A stretch of DNA of 64,000 nucleotides from Promethearchaeota archaeon (GCA_014728035.1 WJMJ01000046.1:64001-128000), one strand, 5' to 3'; counted from the stretch's first letter, positions 29,975 to 41,003 are shown. Program-made: numbers and translations. Notes: generated by a model from the letters alone, not told the origin.

Positions 29975-30805
29975 TTAGATACTCTCCTGAATAGATTTGA
30001 TAAGTTCTCGAAATAGCTTGCGATACTCTGGCATTTCTTTGACAAAAGGTACACCATTGGAATATAACTCAGCAATCCTTCGATCAAACGGGATTTCAAG
30101 AAGCAAAGGAATATCGTGTTCTGCACAGTAATCTTTGACCGAATCATCTCCAATTCCAGCACGATTAATTACAACTCCATGAGGAATCCCCAATCCTCTA
30201 ACTACATCCACCGCCATAGAGAGGTCATGAAGTCCAAATGGGGTTGGTTCGGTAACGAGTAATACATAGTCACTACCATGAATAGTCTCTATGACGGGGC
30301 ATGCAGTGCCAGGAGGAGAATCAAGGAGATTTAATTCACCAGATACAATTCTAGTTTTGACTGCTTTGATAATAGGAGTAGCTATCGGTTCTCCTATTGT
30401 TAACTCTCCATACGTAATCCTAAGCTGTTCATAATCGGATGTGTACACTAGACCAACTTCGCGGTCTTCTTCGTGAATTGCCTTCTCGGGGCATACTATA
30501 GAGCAACCCCCACATGAATGGCAAATTTCTGGATATACTATTGTCTTCGTTCTGCCCACAAGAATAGCATTGAATTGGCAGAAAGATCCACACTTGCCAC
30601 ATAATGTACATTTTTCTTGATCAACTATTGGAGTAGGTAAATAGACAGAACTAGACTCAGCTTCATCGATGGGGAGTAGAGCAGGAACATTGGGTTCTTC
30701 AACGTCACAATCGAGAAGGTTTGCCTTTTCCACTGACAAAGCCAGATTAACGGCAACAGTAGTTTTACCAGTTCCACCTTTTCCAGATGCTATTGATACT
30801 ATCAT
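29975..30805 (-). CDS. MinD-superfamily P-loop ATPase with inserted 4Fe-4S ferredoxin (paralog)
   Basis: SGKGGTGKTT, DCDVEEPN, two ferredoxin motifs, DSPPGTAC, TEPTPFGLHDL. Confidence 0.92.
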   Translation of the reverse strand: MIVSIASGKGGTGKTTVAVNLALSVEKANLLDCDVEEPNVPALLPIDEAESSSVYLPTPIVDQEKCTLCGKCGSFCQFNAILVGRTKTIVYPEICHSCGGCSIVCPEKAIHEEDREVGLVYTSDYEQLRITYGELTIGEPIATPIIKAVKTRIVSGELNLLDSPPGTACPVIETIHGSDYVLLVTEPTPFGLHDLSMAVDVVRGLGIPHGVVINRAGIGDDSVKDYCAEHDIPLLLEIPFDRRIAELYSNGVPFVKEMPEYRKLFRELIKSIQESI

Positions 30806-30827
30806 AAGATTTCACTCAACATCTATA

Positions 30828-31196
30828 TCATCTATGATGAGCATCTTGACATCCTTCAGTAAGCTCATCAAGACTGCCACTAATATATGAAGACAATACG
30901 GATCGTAGATCTGGACTGTCTGCCTTGTAGACAGGAATTCCCGCTGATGAGAATCCACGCAATCCACGAGGACCCATACCACTCACAATAAGTACTGTAG
31001 GTTTGTATCTGAGTACATTATCATGTGCATGGCCTCTGCCTCCATGATGTTCACCCTGATTGGGAGAAGTCTCCTTATTTTTAACTTGAAAATCATCGTC
31101 AATGTCTATAATGGTGAAAAATGGAGCTCTTCCAAAATGAGCAGCTACTCTAGTGCCCTCAGAATCCTCAGTGGGAATCAAAATACGCCTTGACAC
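30828..31196 (-). CDS. NifB/NifX-family Fe-Mo cluster-binding-like protein
   Basis: HFGRAPFF, GMGPRG; GTG start after the previous stop. Confidence 0.85.
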   Translation of the reverse strand: MSRRILIPTEDSEGTRVAAHFGRAPFFTIIDIDDDFQVKNKETSPNQGEHHGGRGHAHDNVLRYKPTVLIVSGMGPRGLRGFSSAGIPVYKADSPDLRSVLSSYISGSLDELTEGCQDAHHR

Positions 31197-31197
31197 A

Positions 31198-31623
31198 CTA
31201 TCTTCCTCCACCTCTACCCCCACCACGGCCTCGGCCTCCACCACGACCCCGCCCCATTCCACGATGAGCAGGACCAGGTGCTGTGATCTCAGATAACCTG
31301 TTCTCTTTGTAAGCTTGAACAGCTTCTCGAACTGTACCAGAGGGAACTGAAAAAATTTTCATTCCTGATGCAGATAAAGCACCATGTGCATTTGGCCCCA
31401 CACTTCCAGTAATTACGACTTCTACACCTTTATTGACAACAGTCTGTGCTGCTTGAATTCCTGCACCACTAGCTGCAGTTACACCTTGATTCGAAATTGC
31501 TTCAAATTCCAAATTTTCAGAATCGACTATTAAGAAGGCATTACAACGACCAAAGCGAGGATCAACCATTGCATCAAGATCTGTTCCGGAGGAGGAAATG
31601 CATATTTTTACCATGACAATCAT
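31198..31623 (-). CDS. NifB/NifX-family protein with RG-rich tail
   Basis: DPRFGRC, GAGIQAAQ, VGPNA, GRGRGGGRG tail. Confidence 0.88.
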   Translation of the reverse strand: MIVMVKICISSSGTDLDAMVDPRFGRCNAFLIVDSENLEFEAISNQGVTAASGAGIQAAQTVVNKGVEVVITGSVGPNAHGALSASGMKIFSVPSGTVREAVQAYKENRLSEITAPGPAHRGMGRGRGGGRGRGGGRGGGR

Positions 31624-31808
31624 CTCAAATGAATTATAATCACTAACTAAAATGAATCAATATTCATTAAAAAGAGTTTGGCTGTGACCACCACACAGCG
31701 AGGATCAAACTAGAAAATCAAGCATCGTAACGGACTAGACAGGTATTGAGGTTGATTTATTTTTATGAAGACATTCAAGATAGTATAGATTATTCAGGAG
31801 AAAGCAAA

Positions 31809-33026
31809 ATGGGATTCAGTATTGGAATAGTGGGAAAACCTTCTGCAGGAAAGACTTCGTTCACAAACGCTGCTTGTATGACCGATTTCAAGGTAGGAAG
31901 CTACCCCTTCACGACTATTGATGCAAATGTGGGAGTAACACATGTTCGGACAAAATGTGCATGCATAGAATTCGATGTGGATGACAATCCCCAGAACTCG
32001 ATATGTATCGATGGAGTACGGCTGATTCCAATAAAACTCATTGATGTGGCTGGATTAGTGCCCGGGGCTCACAAAGGAAGAGGAATGGGAAACAAGTTTC
32101 TAGATGATTTACGACAAGCCGATGTACTAATTCATATCGTTGATACAAGTGGAGCTTTGGATTCAGAAGGCCAAGAGGTTGAATCGGGAAGTTATGACCC
32201 ATCAGAAGATGTAAAATTTTTAGAAACAGAAATTAACGAATGGATTCTTGGGATTATAGAAAAGGACTGGCGAAGAATAACTGGGAGGATTCGAGCTGAG
32301 AAAGTCAAACTAGATGAACTACTTCTGGAAAGGCTTTCAGGATTGAAGATAAACAGAACACATATTCTCCGAGCAATCCGTGTTGCAGATCTAAAAGCGG
32401 AGGCAGCTGATAAGTGGGATGATGAGGACTTGCGTAGATTTGTACTGGAGCTTCAAAGAGTAGCGAAGCCAATAATAATTGCAGCAAACAAGATAGATAG
32501 GCCAGGAGCTGAAGAGAACTATCAGCGACTGAAAAAAACATTTCCAGAATATTTGGTAATTCCTGTCAGTGCCCTAGCAGAAAAAGTTCTCAAAGATTTA
32601 GAAAAGAAAGATATAATCAAGTATATTCCAGGAAATAATGATTTTGAAGTACTCCAAACAGACAAATTAAGTGATGGTGAGATGGGGCAGCTTGACAAGA
32701 TTCGAAAACAAATTTTGAAAAAATATGATGGGACTGGTGTGCAAAACGTCTTGAATACTGCTGTATTTGACTATCTCAAAATGATAGCTGTCTATCCAGT
32801 ACACGATGCGTCATCTCTTACAGACAGTGAGGGGAATGTATTACCGGATGTATTTCTCATTCCTGAAGGAAGCACCGCAAAAGAATTTGCAGGGCATATC
32901 CACACTGACCTCATGGAGGGATTTATCCATGCAATTGATGCCCGAACAAAGATGCGAATCTCTGAAAAACACGTACTCAAAGATGGAGACGTAATTAAGA
33001 TAGTCAGCGCAAAAGGCGCCAAATAG
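31809..33026 (+). CDS. ychF: YchF/Obg-family ATPase with TGS domain
   Basis: [34 protein letters not shown]. Confidence 0.92.
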   Translation: MGFSIGIVGKPSAGKTSFTNAACMTDFKVGSYPFTTIDANVGVTHVRTKCACIEFDVDDNPQNSICIDGVRLIPIKLIDVAGLVPGAHKGRGMGNKFLDDLRQADVLIHIVDTSGALDSEGQEVESGSYDPSEDVKFLETEINEWILGIIEKDWRRITGRIRAEKVKLDELLLERLSGLKINRTHILRAIRVADLKAEAADKWDDEDLRRFVLELQRVAKPIIIAANKIDRPGAEENYQRLKKTFPEYLVIPVSALAEKVLKDLEKKDIIKYIPGNNDFEVLQTDKLSDGEMGQLDKIRKQILKKYDGTGVQNVLNTAVFDYLKMIAVYPVHDASSLTDSEGNVLPDVFLIPEGSTAKEFAGHIHTDLMEGFIHAIDARTKMRISEKHVLKDGDVIKIVSAKGAK

Positions 33027-33071
33027 GTATGAAGTGATATTCTGAGGAGACAGAGAATATCACTCATCGGA

Positions 33072-33602
33072 CTACATTCTTTCACCAAGAGACCAGTATT
33101 GACCGGCCAAAGGAAGGTAAGTAAATGCTTTCATTTTTTGTGGATCAAACCGTCCATTTTCCGTAACTGATTCATCCATATGGAAAGCAACAACCTCAGC
33201 AATAAACAGATCATGTACCCCCGGCGAGATTACTTCACGAACTTCGCATTCGAGATTGATGGGACATTCTTCAATCAGAGGGGAGCTTATTTTACTACTT
33301 GGAACTGCGTGAAATCCACACTCTGCAAACTTGTCGATATCTCGACCGGATTTTGTGCCACATAATTTTGCGGCTTCAAATTGCTCCTCTGCGGGTATAT
33401 TCAATACAAAATTACCAGCTTCTTTAACGAGGTCATAACTATATCGCTCAGGACGAATGCCAACCGCAACGCTCGGAGGTTTGCTACAAACATTTGCAAC
33501 CCAAGACAATGTGATAATGTTTGGTTTTAAACCACCTTCAACACTTAGTAAAATCACGGGGCAAGGAATGACTCCAGTTGTGGGTTTGCTCTCAATTTTC
33601 AT
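33072..33602 (-). CDS. Flavin reductase-like (flavoredoxin) protein
   Basis: P.PV, CGTKSGRDIDKF, ECPINLEC, HDLFIAEV. Confidence 0.9.
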   Translation of the reverse strand: MKIESKPTTGVIPCPVILLSVEGGLKPNIITLSWVANVCSKPPSVAVGIRPERYSYDLVKEAGNFVLNIPAEEQFEAAKLCGTKSGRDIDKFAECGFHAVPSSKISSPLIEECPINLECEVREVISPGVHDLFIAEVVAFHMDESVTENGRFDPQKMKAFTYLPLAGQYWSLGERM

Positions 33603-33703
33603 AGTGTGATAATGAAAAATGGTCACTTATAATTGTCCACGTCGAAGAGCTTAAGACAAAGGGATACAGGTCAAACCACAACTCAACAAGAGGGTTTAAG
33701 CAA

Positions 33704-34615
33704 ATGGCACGAATACTTATTGCTGATCCAATAGCGGAATCCGCCATTGATGAAATCAAAGGCGCTGGTCACGAAGTTGTATTAAGAAACAAAGAGGAGG
33801 ATGGTCCAATAAAAGACCAGCTTCAAGGATTTGATGGTGTTGTGATTAGAAGTGCAACTACAATCTCCAAAGAGGTGCTGGAATCGGTGGACACTCTGAA
33901 GCTTGTCGTACGAGCTGGTGTAGGTCTTGACAATGTTGACCTTGAAGCAGCAAAAGAGCAGAATGTAACTGTTATGAATACACCAGAAGCACCAACAGTT
34001 TCTGTAGCAGAGATGGTAATTGCGTTCATGTTTGCTTTAGGTAGAAGAATCTCAAACGCAGACAGCTCTATGAAAGATGAAAGATGGGAAAAGAAGAAAC
34101 TCAAAGGCACAGAAGTCTGGAAAAAGACCTTGGGTATTATCGGATTTGGAAGGATAGGCTTTGAAGTAGCAAAAAGAGCTCGCGCCTTAGAGATGAATGT
34201 TCTTGCATATGATGTGGTGAACATTGATGAAGATTGCAAAAAGATAGGTGCACAACGATGCGACCTTGAAGAAGTCATTAAAAATGCAGATTATCTTACT
34301 CTTCACGTTCCTCTAATACCCCAGACAAAAGGAATGATTGGAGAGAAAGAGCTCAAAATGATGAAGGAAACTGCATATCTGATAAATACAGCAAGGGGTG
34401 GAGTAGTTGATGAAAAAGCACTCCTCAAAGCTCTTGAAGAGGGCTGGATAGCTGGAGCGGGTCTCGACGTGTATGAGAATGAACCTCCAGAAGATTGGAC
34501 CTTGATTAAACACCCAAAGGTTATAGCAACACCACATGTGTCATCCTCAACAAAAGAGGCACAAGAACGAGTAGGAGAACTTACAGTACAAAAAGTATTG
34601 GACGGTCTTAAATAG
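33704..34615 (+). CDS. D-2-hydroxyacid dehydrogenase (short SerA-like)
   Basis: RAGVGLDNVD, GFGRIG, INTARGG, LDVYENEP, TPH. Confidence 0.92.
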   Translation: MARILIADPIAESAIDEIKGAGHEVVLRNKEEDGPIKDQLQGFDGVVIRSATTISKEVLESVDTLKLVVRAGVGLDNVDLEAAKEQNVTVMNTPEAPTVSVAEMVIAFMFALGRRISNADSSMKDERWEKKKLKGTEVWKKTLGIIGFGRIGFEVAKRARALEMNVLAYDVVNIDEDCKKIGAQRCDLEEVIKNADYLTLHVPLIPQTKGMIGEKELKMMKETAYLINTARGGVVDEKALLKALEEGWIAGAGLDVYENEPPEDWTLIKHPKVIATPHVSSSTKEAQERVGELTVQKVLDGLK

Positions 34616-34666
34616 CAAAAATAATCCAGAGCGTTACATCTTTAAGTGAACTCCTCTGGCTCTTCA

Positions 34667-34798
34667 ATGGTTCGACCTAAACAGAGGGTCGAATCATACC
34701 ATTCCTTTGTGTTGGCGGATCCGTCCGCACGGGATGTGGCCCATATGGGCTGAACCACAAACAAAGTGAATAGATTACTACAAAGGAAGGAATCAATA
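34667..34798 (+). promoter_or_regulatory. Structured 5' leader of rpl15e (putative eL15 ribosomal leader)
   Basis: TTTAAG at 34641; hairpins TGGTTCGACC/GGTCGAATCA and CTTTGT...ACAAAG enclosing two GC-rich hairpins. Confidence 0.55.
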
Positions 34799-35377
34799 TT
34801 GGCTTACAAATACATGAATGAAGCATGGATTCAGGAACAAAAAGAGCGTTCCGAAAATGTCAGAAGCAGGCTTATTGTATGGCGAAAGCAAGGTAGCATG
34901 GTAAGGTTAGATAAACCTACTAGATTGGGTAGGGCTCGTGAGCTAGGATATCGTGCAAAACAAGGATATGTTATTGTGCGAGTTAAGACAGGAAGAGGCC
35001 CGCGAGAAAAGCCTCGACCAAAGATGGGAAGAAAACCACGAAGCATGGGTGTATCAAAATATACTCCACAGAAATCACGCCGCTGGATTGCAGAAGAACG
35101 AGCAGGAAAGAAATTCCCAAATCTTCGGGTTCTGAATTCATATTGGGTAGGATCAGACCACAAATGGGTCTGGCATGAAGTGATTATGGTGGATCCAAAT
35201 CATCCAGTCATCTATAATGATCCAAAGATCAATTGGATTTGTGACCCAGTTCAAAAAGGACGAGAAAATCGAGGACTCACATCAGCAGGCAAGAGAAGTC
35301 GTGGTTTGAGAAGAAAAGGACGAGGCGCCGAGAAGATTCGTCCCTCACTAGGTGCCAAAGATAATACTGGCAAATAA
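34799..35377 (+). CDS. rpl15e: Ribosomal protein eL15 (TTG start)
   Basis: [37 protein letters not shown]. Confidence 0.97.
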   Translation: MAYKYMNEAWIQEQKERSENVRSRLIVWRKQGSMVRLDKPTRLGRARELGYRAKQGYVIVRVKTGRGPREKPRPKMGRKPRSMGVSKYTPQKSRRWIAEERAGKKFPNLRVLNSYWVGSDHKWVWHEVIMVDPNHPVIYNDPKINWICDPVQKGRENRGLTSAGKRSRGLRRKGRGAEKIRPSLGAKDNTGK

Positions 35378-35404
35378 TGAAAGCAGATAATTCAGGAAAG
35401 TACC

Positions 35405-35863
35405 ATGTCAATACTACGCAAGGTTGAGATTCGAGCTCATGCCCTTGCAACCGAGGTGCCTGAGAGAGTTGAGGAAGCAATCCTCAATCTCTTCCCTGAA
35501 TCTGTTCAAAAAAGCATCACGTTCAATCGTAGTGAAACCGAGGCCCATCATGGGTATCGTATTCTGATTCTTGAAACAAAAATCAAGAAGAAAAAACACT
35601 GCCAGCAAACACTTGTGCATCTTTTAGAAGCTCTAAGTAAATCAGACAAGACATTTCTTATGAAATCAATCCGGTATCGGATAGATGATCGTTGTAAGTT
35701 TTACCTACGAATTGATAAGCAACAAGCCTATCTAGGTAGGGTAGAACTAGCTAAATCCTCGGACATGATAAGAATTCAATTCGATTACATCAATTACACA
35801 GGGTGTGACCCACAAGAAATTATTCACATAATTTCCGACATAATGCATAAAGCGGAGTCGTAA
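35405..35863 (+). CDS. Predicted exosome-linked RNA-binding protein (DUF54/COG1325)
   Basis: HALATE..ERV, HHG, FYLRIDKQQAYLG; superoperon context. Confidence 0.8.
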   Translation: MSILRKVEIRAHALATEVPERVEEAILNLFPESVQKSITFNRSETEAHHGYRILILETKIKKKKHCQQTLVHLLEALSKSDKTFLMKSIRYRIDDRCKFYLRIDKQQAYLGRVELAKSSDMIRIQFDYINYTGCDPQEIIHIISDIMHKAES

Positions 35864-35866
35864 CGT

Positions 35867-36547
35867 ATGACTACGGATTTGAACATAAGAATCCAAACCC
35901 ATGCAGATATAGCTGAATTCATCGAAATGAGTCAAAAATTAGGATATACTGGTTTTGTAACACGAAAATTCAATTCGCTCATAGAAGAAATGAACGGGAT
36001 TAGGGTTTGTAAAAGAATAAGACTCCAAGGACGAAAACTATCCAAATTGAAAAAGGTTGTAGCAAGTCAAAGATATCAAGCGGTAATCATATCGGCCATA
36101 GTCGGAAATGTTACAATTGCAAATTGGGCAGCAGGGGATTCGCGAGTTGATTTACTTACATTGCCAGAGTCAGGCAAATATAGACTGAAAGAGAGTACAG
36201 CGCGCATAGCTGCAGACACAGGAACTTCACTTGAAGTTATTATTTCACCCTTATTGAAATCCTCAGGACTATCAAGATCAATTATCCTGAAGGGGTATCG
36301 AGATTCGATTCGAACTGCTCTTTCTGCAGGTATGAGGATTGTACTATCGAGTGGAGCAAGAAACCCGTATCAAATGAGGTCACCCAAAGCACTTAGTCAT
36401 ATAGGCTATATTTTAGGACTCGACCAAGCTCAATCAAAAAGAGCAATTCTTGAAACCCCAGACGACATTATTCGATATAATGTTAGAAGACTAGACCGAG
36501 ATATAATAACAAAGGGTTTAGAGGTTAGGAGGATAGAGAATAAGTGA
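35867..36547 (+). CDS. rnp3: RNase P protein Rpp30
   Basis: DL.I, RVDLL, LSSGARNPYQMRSP. Confidence 0.88.
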   Translation: MTTDLNIRIQTHADIAEFIEMSQKLGYTGFVTRKFNSLIEEMNGIRVCKRIRLQGRKLSKLKKVVASQRYQAVIISAIVGNVTIANWAAGDSRVDLLTLPESGKYRLKESTARIAADTGTSLEVIISPLLKSSGLSRSIILKGYRDSIRTALSAGMRIVLSSGARNPYQMRSPKALSHIGYILGLDQAQSKRAILETPDDIIRYNVRRLDRDIITKGLEVRRIENK

Positions 36548-36858
36548 AAACTTCACGAAGAAGACATATCTTATTTCAGATACACTGCAGTGAAAAAATA
36601 TCAGAGGGCGACTGGATAGTTCAAACTATTCGAGAAAACCTACATTCTCTATTTGGTGAAATTGTAGTTGCGGATTCAAAGCTCTATCTTGAAGAGTACT
36701 TGGAGAGTACAGGTAAAGGTATACTTCAATGTGAAGCTGATGTCTTAAGACAGGTTCTTGCTTCAGCAGCTCTAGTTAATGAAATAGGCAAGAGAGAAGT
36801 TTCATTTCAGCCCCTGAAGACATCAGGCACATTGAAGACGCTGCAGTCAAAACTATAA
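36544..36858 (+). CDS. rnp2: RNase P protein Pop5
   Basis: RRRHILF, LFGE, GILQC, TSGTLK. Confidence 0.88.
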   Translation: MKTSRRRHILFQIHCSEKISEGDWIVQTIRENLHSLFGEIVVADSKLYLEEYLESTGKGILQCEADVLRQVLASAALVNEIGKREVSFQPLKTSGTLKTLQSKL

Positions 36859-37275
36859 TATCACTAATTCAACATTATGGATTTTTCCATTATCGAGAAT
36901 ATATCCACGATAAATCCATGAACCGGTCAAATTGGAGGCAATTATCCAAACAACAGGGTTTAATCGCATATTTGAAATATCAGAAGATGAAGGAAAGGGA
37001 GGAGCAGGATGAGAGTGAAAAATACCCACCAATTCTTCATTATCTCTTTCTGCTGCAAGAAGAAGAGAGTATAATTCTTCAGGGTCAATCCGGAATTGCG
37101 TTTTAGACCGTAGCGTGTTGTTCATATGAACTGCTCGGGTAGCATGAAATCCAGACTCGGTTTCATTACCGAACAATAGTGAAACAGATTCGAAGGGTAA
37201 ATCTTCTTCTGCATGCGATAGTAATAGGTCCAAATCAGATTGTTTCATGCTCAAACTTTTCTTCAAAGCACTCAT
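36853..37275 (-). CDS. JAMM/MPN+ metalloprotease
   Basis: E...IFHSHP..P.PSSSD motif. Confidence 0.92.
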   Translation of the reverse strand: MSALKKSLSMKQSDLDLLLSHAEEDLPFESVSLLFGNETESGFHATRAVHMNNTLRSKTQFRIDPEELYSLLLAAERDNEELVGIFHSHPAPPFPSSSDISNMRLNPVVWIIASNLTGSWIYRGYILDNGKIHNVELVIL

Positions 37276-37284
37276 CTTCGAAAC

Positions 37285-37746
37285 CTAATAGGGAGTCTTG
37301 ATGTCTTCAAGAACGATACAGGTTTCGACCTCACCTACACCGTCAATATTTCCCAATTTTTTCTCAAGGAATTGTCTAAGCTCGTTCAAGTCATCTACAG
37401 TGACCTTAAGCATAAGACCACAAGCACCATCGAGAAAATATGCTTCATTTACTTCTGCGTAGTCCTTAATCTGTTCTGCTATGAGAGAGGCTTCTTTCAT
37501 TACCGTCTTCACACGAATAAACGCTCTTATTTTCCTTCCAATTTTTAGAGGATCGATGACTACGGTGAACCGTTTAATCACACCAGACTTAATCATCTGC
37601 CGTACACGGCGACGAATCGTTACCTCCGTCATCTTTAGTTCCTTTTCAGTAATTTCGTCAGATATCTCAGAATATGATTTGCGTCCATCTTCCCGTAGTA
37701 GCTCAATGATTTTTCTATCCTTCTCATCTATAGACATGCATTCCAC
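37285..37746 (-). CDS. Lrp/AsnC transcriptional regulator
   Basis: DEKDRKII..L..DGR.S, GVIKRF, RAM domain. Confidence 0.92.
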   Translation of the reverse strand: MECMSIDEKDRKIIELLREDGRKSYSEISDEITEKELKMTEVTIRRRVRQMIKSGVIKRFTVVIDPLKIGRKIRAFIRVKTVMKEASLIAEQIKDYAEVNEAYFLDGACGLMLKVTVDDLNELRQFLEKKLGNIDGVGEVETCIVLEDIKTPY

Positions 37747-37903
37747 CTATTCGAGCTTCGATTCGTAAGCGAAATGTTCAATATCATACATATATAGTCA
37801 TTGCATTATACATTAAGATAATTATTTGATGATTTTCTAAAGAAGACCATCGCGAACCCTTGATTAGTGTCTGTAAAGATAAATAAAGAATACAACTAGA
37901 TCT

Positions 37904-38737
37904 TCAAAGGATACGCAATTGCTCACTTAGAATCCTATCTTCACTTCCAGTCATAACTGCATAGAGCTCAATATGTCCAGTCAGTTGTTCTGCACTCTCA
38001 ATCTTTTTCTCTAACAGCTCTTGAATCTGGAATATTCCCGATGCATTACTCATCGATACCTCTATACGAACTGTGCGGTCTTTTCCGCGATGAATGGTGA
38101 CTCGCTCAATTGCCATAGCAGAAGCAGAGTGAATGTTTACACTTCCAGCCTCGAAGGGGATTCTTGCACGGCCTTTTGTCATGTCAAGCGCGTCAGCAAT
38201 ACCAACAATTCCTGCCTCAATTGTGCTGGGAGAAATCACTTTATCATGTGCTTGAATCGCATGAAGAACATGTCCGCGAACATGAACTTGCTTATGAAGA
38301 TCCTTTGGATATACCTTCGCAAGAATCCGATTTAAGATGGGGAGTGCAATACTTACTGAGAATTCGTGATGTCCCTCTCTATGAACCGACATACCAACAT
38401 CATGTAGATAACAGCCAAGCAATACAATAAGTTGTGCATCCTCAATGGTGCCAGTTTCTTCCTGAACAATGGTGGGAGATACAACATCTGTAAGGATTCG
38501 GAACAGTCTCATACCATTCATTGTTACGATTAGAGAATGAATATGTCCATGGTCAGAATAACCCAATCTGTCTATTGCCATACGATTACTATCTTCAAGT
38601 AAAGTCTGAACCTCAATATCTTCTTCCAATGCATCGAATGCAAGTGTGCAAAGTTCGTTATTCTTAAACATTCTACGAACTCTATCTTTTAATGTGCTCT
38701 TTGATTTGTGAGTCTTTGCCATCAATGGCGCCTCCAT
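37904..38737 (-). CDS. HD-domain phosphohydrolase (COG3294-like)
   Basis: RLGYSDHG..H, YLHDVG..VHR..H, ADALDMTKGRAR. Confidence 0.88.
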   Translation of the reverse strand: MEAPLMAKTHKSKSTLKDRVRRMFKNNELCTLAFDALEEDIEVQTLLEDSNRMAIDRLGYSDHGHIHSLIVTMNGMRLFRILTDVVSPTIVQEETGTIEDAQLIVLLGCYLHDVGMSVHREGHHEFSVSIALPILNRILAKVYPKDLHKQVHVRGHVLHAIQAHDKVISPSTIEAGIVGIADALDMTKGRARIPFEAGSVNIHSASAMAIERVTIHRGKDRTVRIEVSMSNASGIFQIQELLEKKIESAEQLTGHIELYAVMTGSEDRILSEQLRIL

Positions 38738-38851
38738 AATAAGAAAAATGATACTAGCGCCAGCTAATTCTTTTCTCTCTTGTCAGAGGTAATTAGGGAA
38801 ATTACAGTAATAGCCCTTCTGCCTGAGGCACACGACCAAGTAAGATTTACA

Positions 38852-40045
38852 CTAGCGATCATCAGTGATATGCCCACCATAAAGAACATACAAGAAAACA
38901 CATATCAACGGTACAACTAGGCCCAGAAGCATTGCGCTTTGCCAGCCAAATAGTGTATCTATGATACCAGATAGAGGAGCGCCAAGAGCAACACCACCTA
39001 CATTCAAAGCGTAGAATACTCCAGTGGCGATCCCTCTGTTATCCTCATCACTCCTATCTCGAACACTAGCAGCACTGGTAGGAAATACAGTTCCGTGCCC
39101 AAAACCCAAAATGACCATCCCCAAAATACCAAAAAAGAGGTCAAGGGACAAAGAAAGGACAACGAAGGACAAAGCAGTAGTTATCAGTCCTAAGACGGTA
39201 ATCTTTGGTTTTCCAACTTTATCACTTGCTATTCCTGCGGGGTAATGTACCACAAGAGAGGTCAGCACCATAACTGCCAACAGCATCCCTACCTGACCAG
39301 AACCATATCCTACCGACTCCAGAATGATCGCATAAGAAACAGTAATAATTCCAAGATTGAAGAATATCGCTAACACAGCAAAATAAGGAAGTAAAGTCAC
39401 ATTCTTGACTATGGTTTCAGAGAAGATGCTTAGCTCTCTCCGAATAGATGTGGTTTCGACCTTTGGCAAGTATCCCTCCGGCAACGTGGTAGAGAGAAAG
39501 CTGGTGAAAATCAATATTGCAGCGATGGCAAGAAAGAGAGGCTCATAACCGATTTGTTCGGCAAATACACCACCAATACTGAATCCGAGTAGCATAGAGA
39601 ACGCAATTGATATACCATAGAGGGCCATTCCTCGTCCACTTCGTTCACTAGACATATTATCGCTGATGTAAGACATAGTAGAGGGCCCACCAAAACCACC
39701 CCCGATACCATGGACAATACGCGATAACAGAAGAAATAGCGGAGTGCTGGCAAGAAAATAAAGTAACATGGCAACTCCATCTAAAAATATTCCAATAGGC
39801 ACCATTGCCTTTCGTCCAAACTTGTCTACTAGACGTCCCATGAATATGTTGGAGGGGATATGCACCATGGAATAGACCCCCACTATTAGCCCTGCAAGAA
39901 TGGATGTAGCACCAAGACTCACGGAATAATTTGCCATGATGGGGATAACCACGGCACTATCAAAATTCACAAGGAAGGATGCTAGTAGTACCACAATCAA
40001 ATGGCGTCGCTTCAGTATTGTTGAGGCCTTGGATGTCCCGTCCAT
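38852..40045 (-). CDS. MFS transporter
   Basis: About 12 TM, GRLVDKFGRK motif A, second SDKVGK. Confidence 0.93.
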   Translation of the reverse strand: MDGTSKASTILKRRHLIVVLLASFLVNFDSAVVIPIMANYSVSLGATSILAGLIVGVYSMVHIPSNIFMGRLVDKFGRKAMVPIGIFLDGVAMLLYFLASTPLFLLLSRIVHGIGGGFGGPSTMSYISDNMSSERSGRGMALYGISIAFSMLLGFSIGGVFAEQIGYEPLFLAIAAILIFTSFLSTTLPEGYLPKVETTSIRRELSIFSETIVKNVTLLPYFAVLAIFFNLGIITVSYAIILESVGYGSGQVGMLLAVMVLTSLVVHYPAGIASDKVGKPKITVLGLITTALSFVVLSLSLDLFFGILGMVILGFGHGTVFPTSAASVRDRSDEDNRGIATGVFYALNVGGVALGAPLSGIIDTLFGWQSAMLLGLVVPLICVFLYVLYGGHITDDR

Positions 40046-40307
40046 TGCAACTAGTCCCCAGTAGTACGATTATGAATTGAAATCTGATATTTCAATCAAT
40101 CGTATTGAGTCAGATATTGTATTCTTAATAGGTGAGTACACAACAATCAACCACTAAAACAGAACAAATGCTTTGTTTTATTCCTTAAAAGAATGATAGA
40201 CCAATCACATTCCAACAATTTCCTCAGTTACTCTCATAACCTGTCGATATAATCTGACGTTCAGATAGAATCCTGACTTGATCATCTAATCTAAGAGAGT
40301 ACTAAAT

Positions 40308-40704
40308 TCAGACAAATATTCTTCGAGTTAGTACTTGAATATGGATACCGATGGCGCTCAAACAGGGGATGCCAAAAATTTTAGCAGCGGTTCGTCCCAT
40401 CTTATCATCAATTAGAAGTAGCAGTCGCTTCTCCTTTGTCAATAAAATAGCTGCAGCTTCACCAGGATCAATTCCAGCACTGGCAGATAATATGTCAATG
40501 GTACTGTTCTTCATCGGTCTCACTAGACGCCAGCCTTCACCTATTGGGACTTGAATGATAACCGAATCGGGAGATTTCTGGATAACACAGGTCTCTCTGA
40601 ATACCTTGTCCGGAATCAGAATCTCTTGGTAAAGGTTTCGCAGAAGATGAAGTCTTACGACTCTTGCAAGATGAATCAAAGGACTCGCATTACTGACTGC
40701 CCTG
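40308..40704 (-). pseudogene. PIN-domain toxin (DUF3368-like), apparently lacking a start codon and truncated
   Basis: AVSNASPLIHL, IP..VFRE, IDPGEAAAI, LIDDKMGR; no start codon at the expected N-terminus. Confidence 0.6.
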
Positions 40705-41003
40705 TTACCTCTTAACAAAAGCAAGATCACTCTTCAAATCTTCCTCTCCATAAAGAATCGGAATTGCGGCCTTTTCAGCCTCCCACATCATCACTCTCAA
40801 AGGAACCTCGGCCATCAAAGCAGCGGATCATAAAGATACCGTTCTGTCCCGATATGCCTTTAGTGCGCGGTCCAATAGGAATTGTTGAATTCCATTATCA
40901 AGGGCCCGCTGTATCAACTCTAACCGGTCTATTTGTTCCTCTTTAGCGAGAAGTTCCAGTTTTTTAGCATCTCTTCAGGTAATCGAGCAGTGATGGGCTC
41001 CAT
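40705..41003 (-). pseudogene. UPF0175/RHH antitoxin pseudogene
   Basis: MEPITARLPEEML, frameshift in an A6 run, then LELLAKEEQIDR..RALKAYRDRTVSL*SAALMAEV...EEDLKSDL with an internal TGA. Confidence 0.7.

Noticed and set aside
29114-31623. Nitrogen fixation cluster
   Set aside because: NifX-like plus MinD-ferredoxin ATPase pairs form a common archaeal operon; no nifHDK present
40820-40840. TGA in the antitoxin as recoding
   Set aside because: The position is not a Cys site and the gene also has a frameshift, so decay is the simpler explanation
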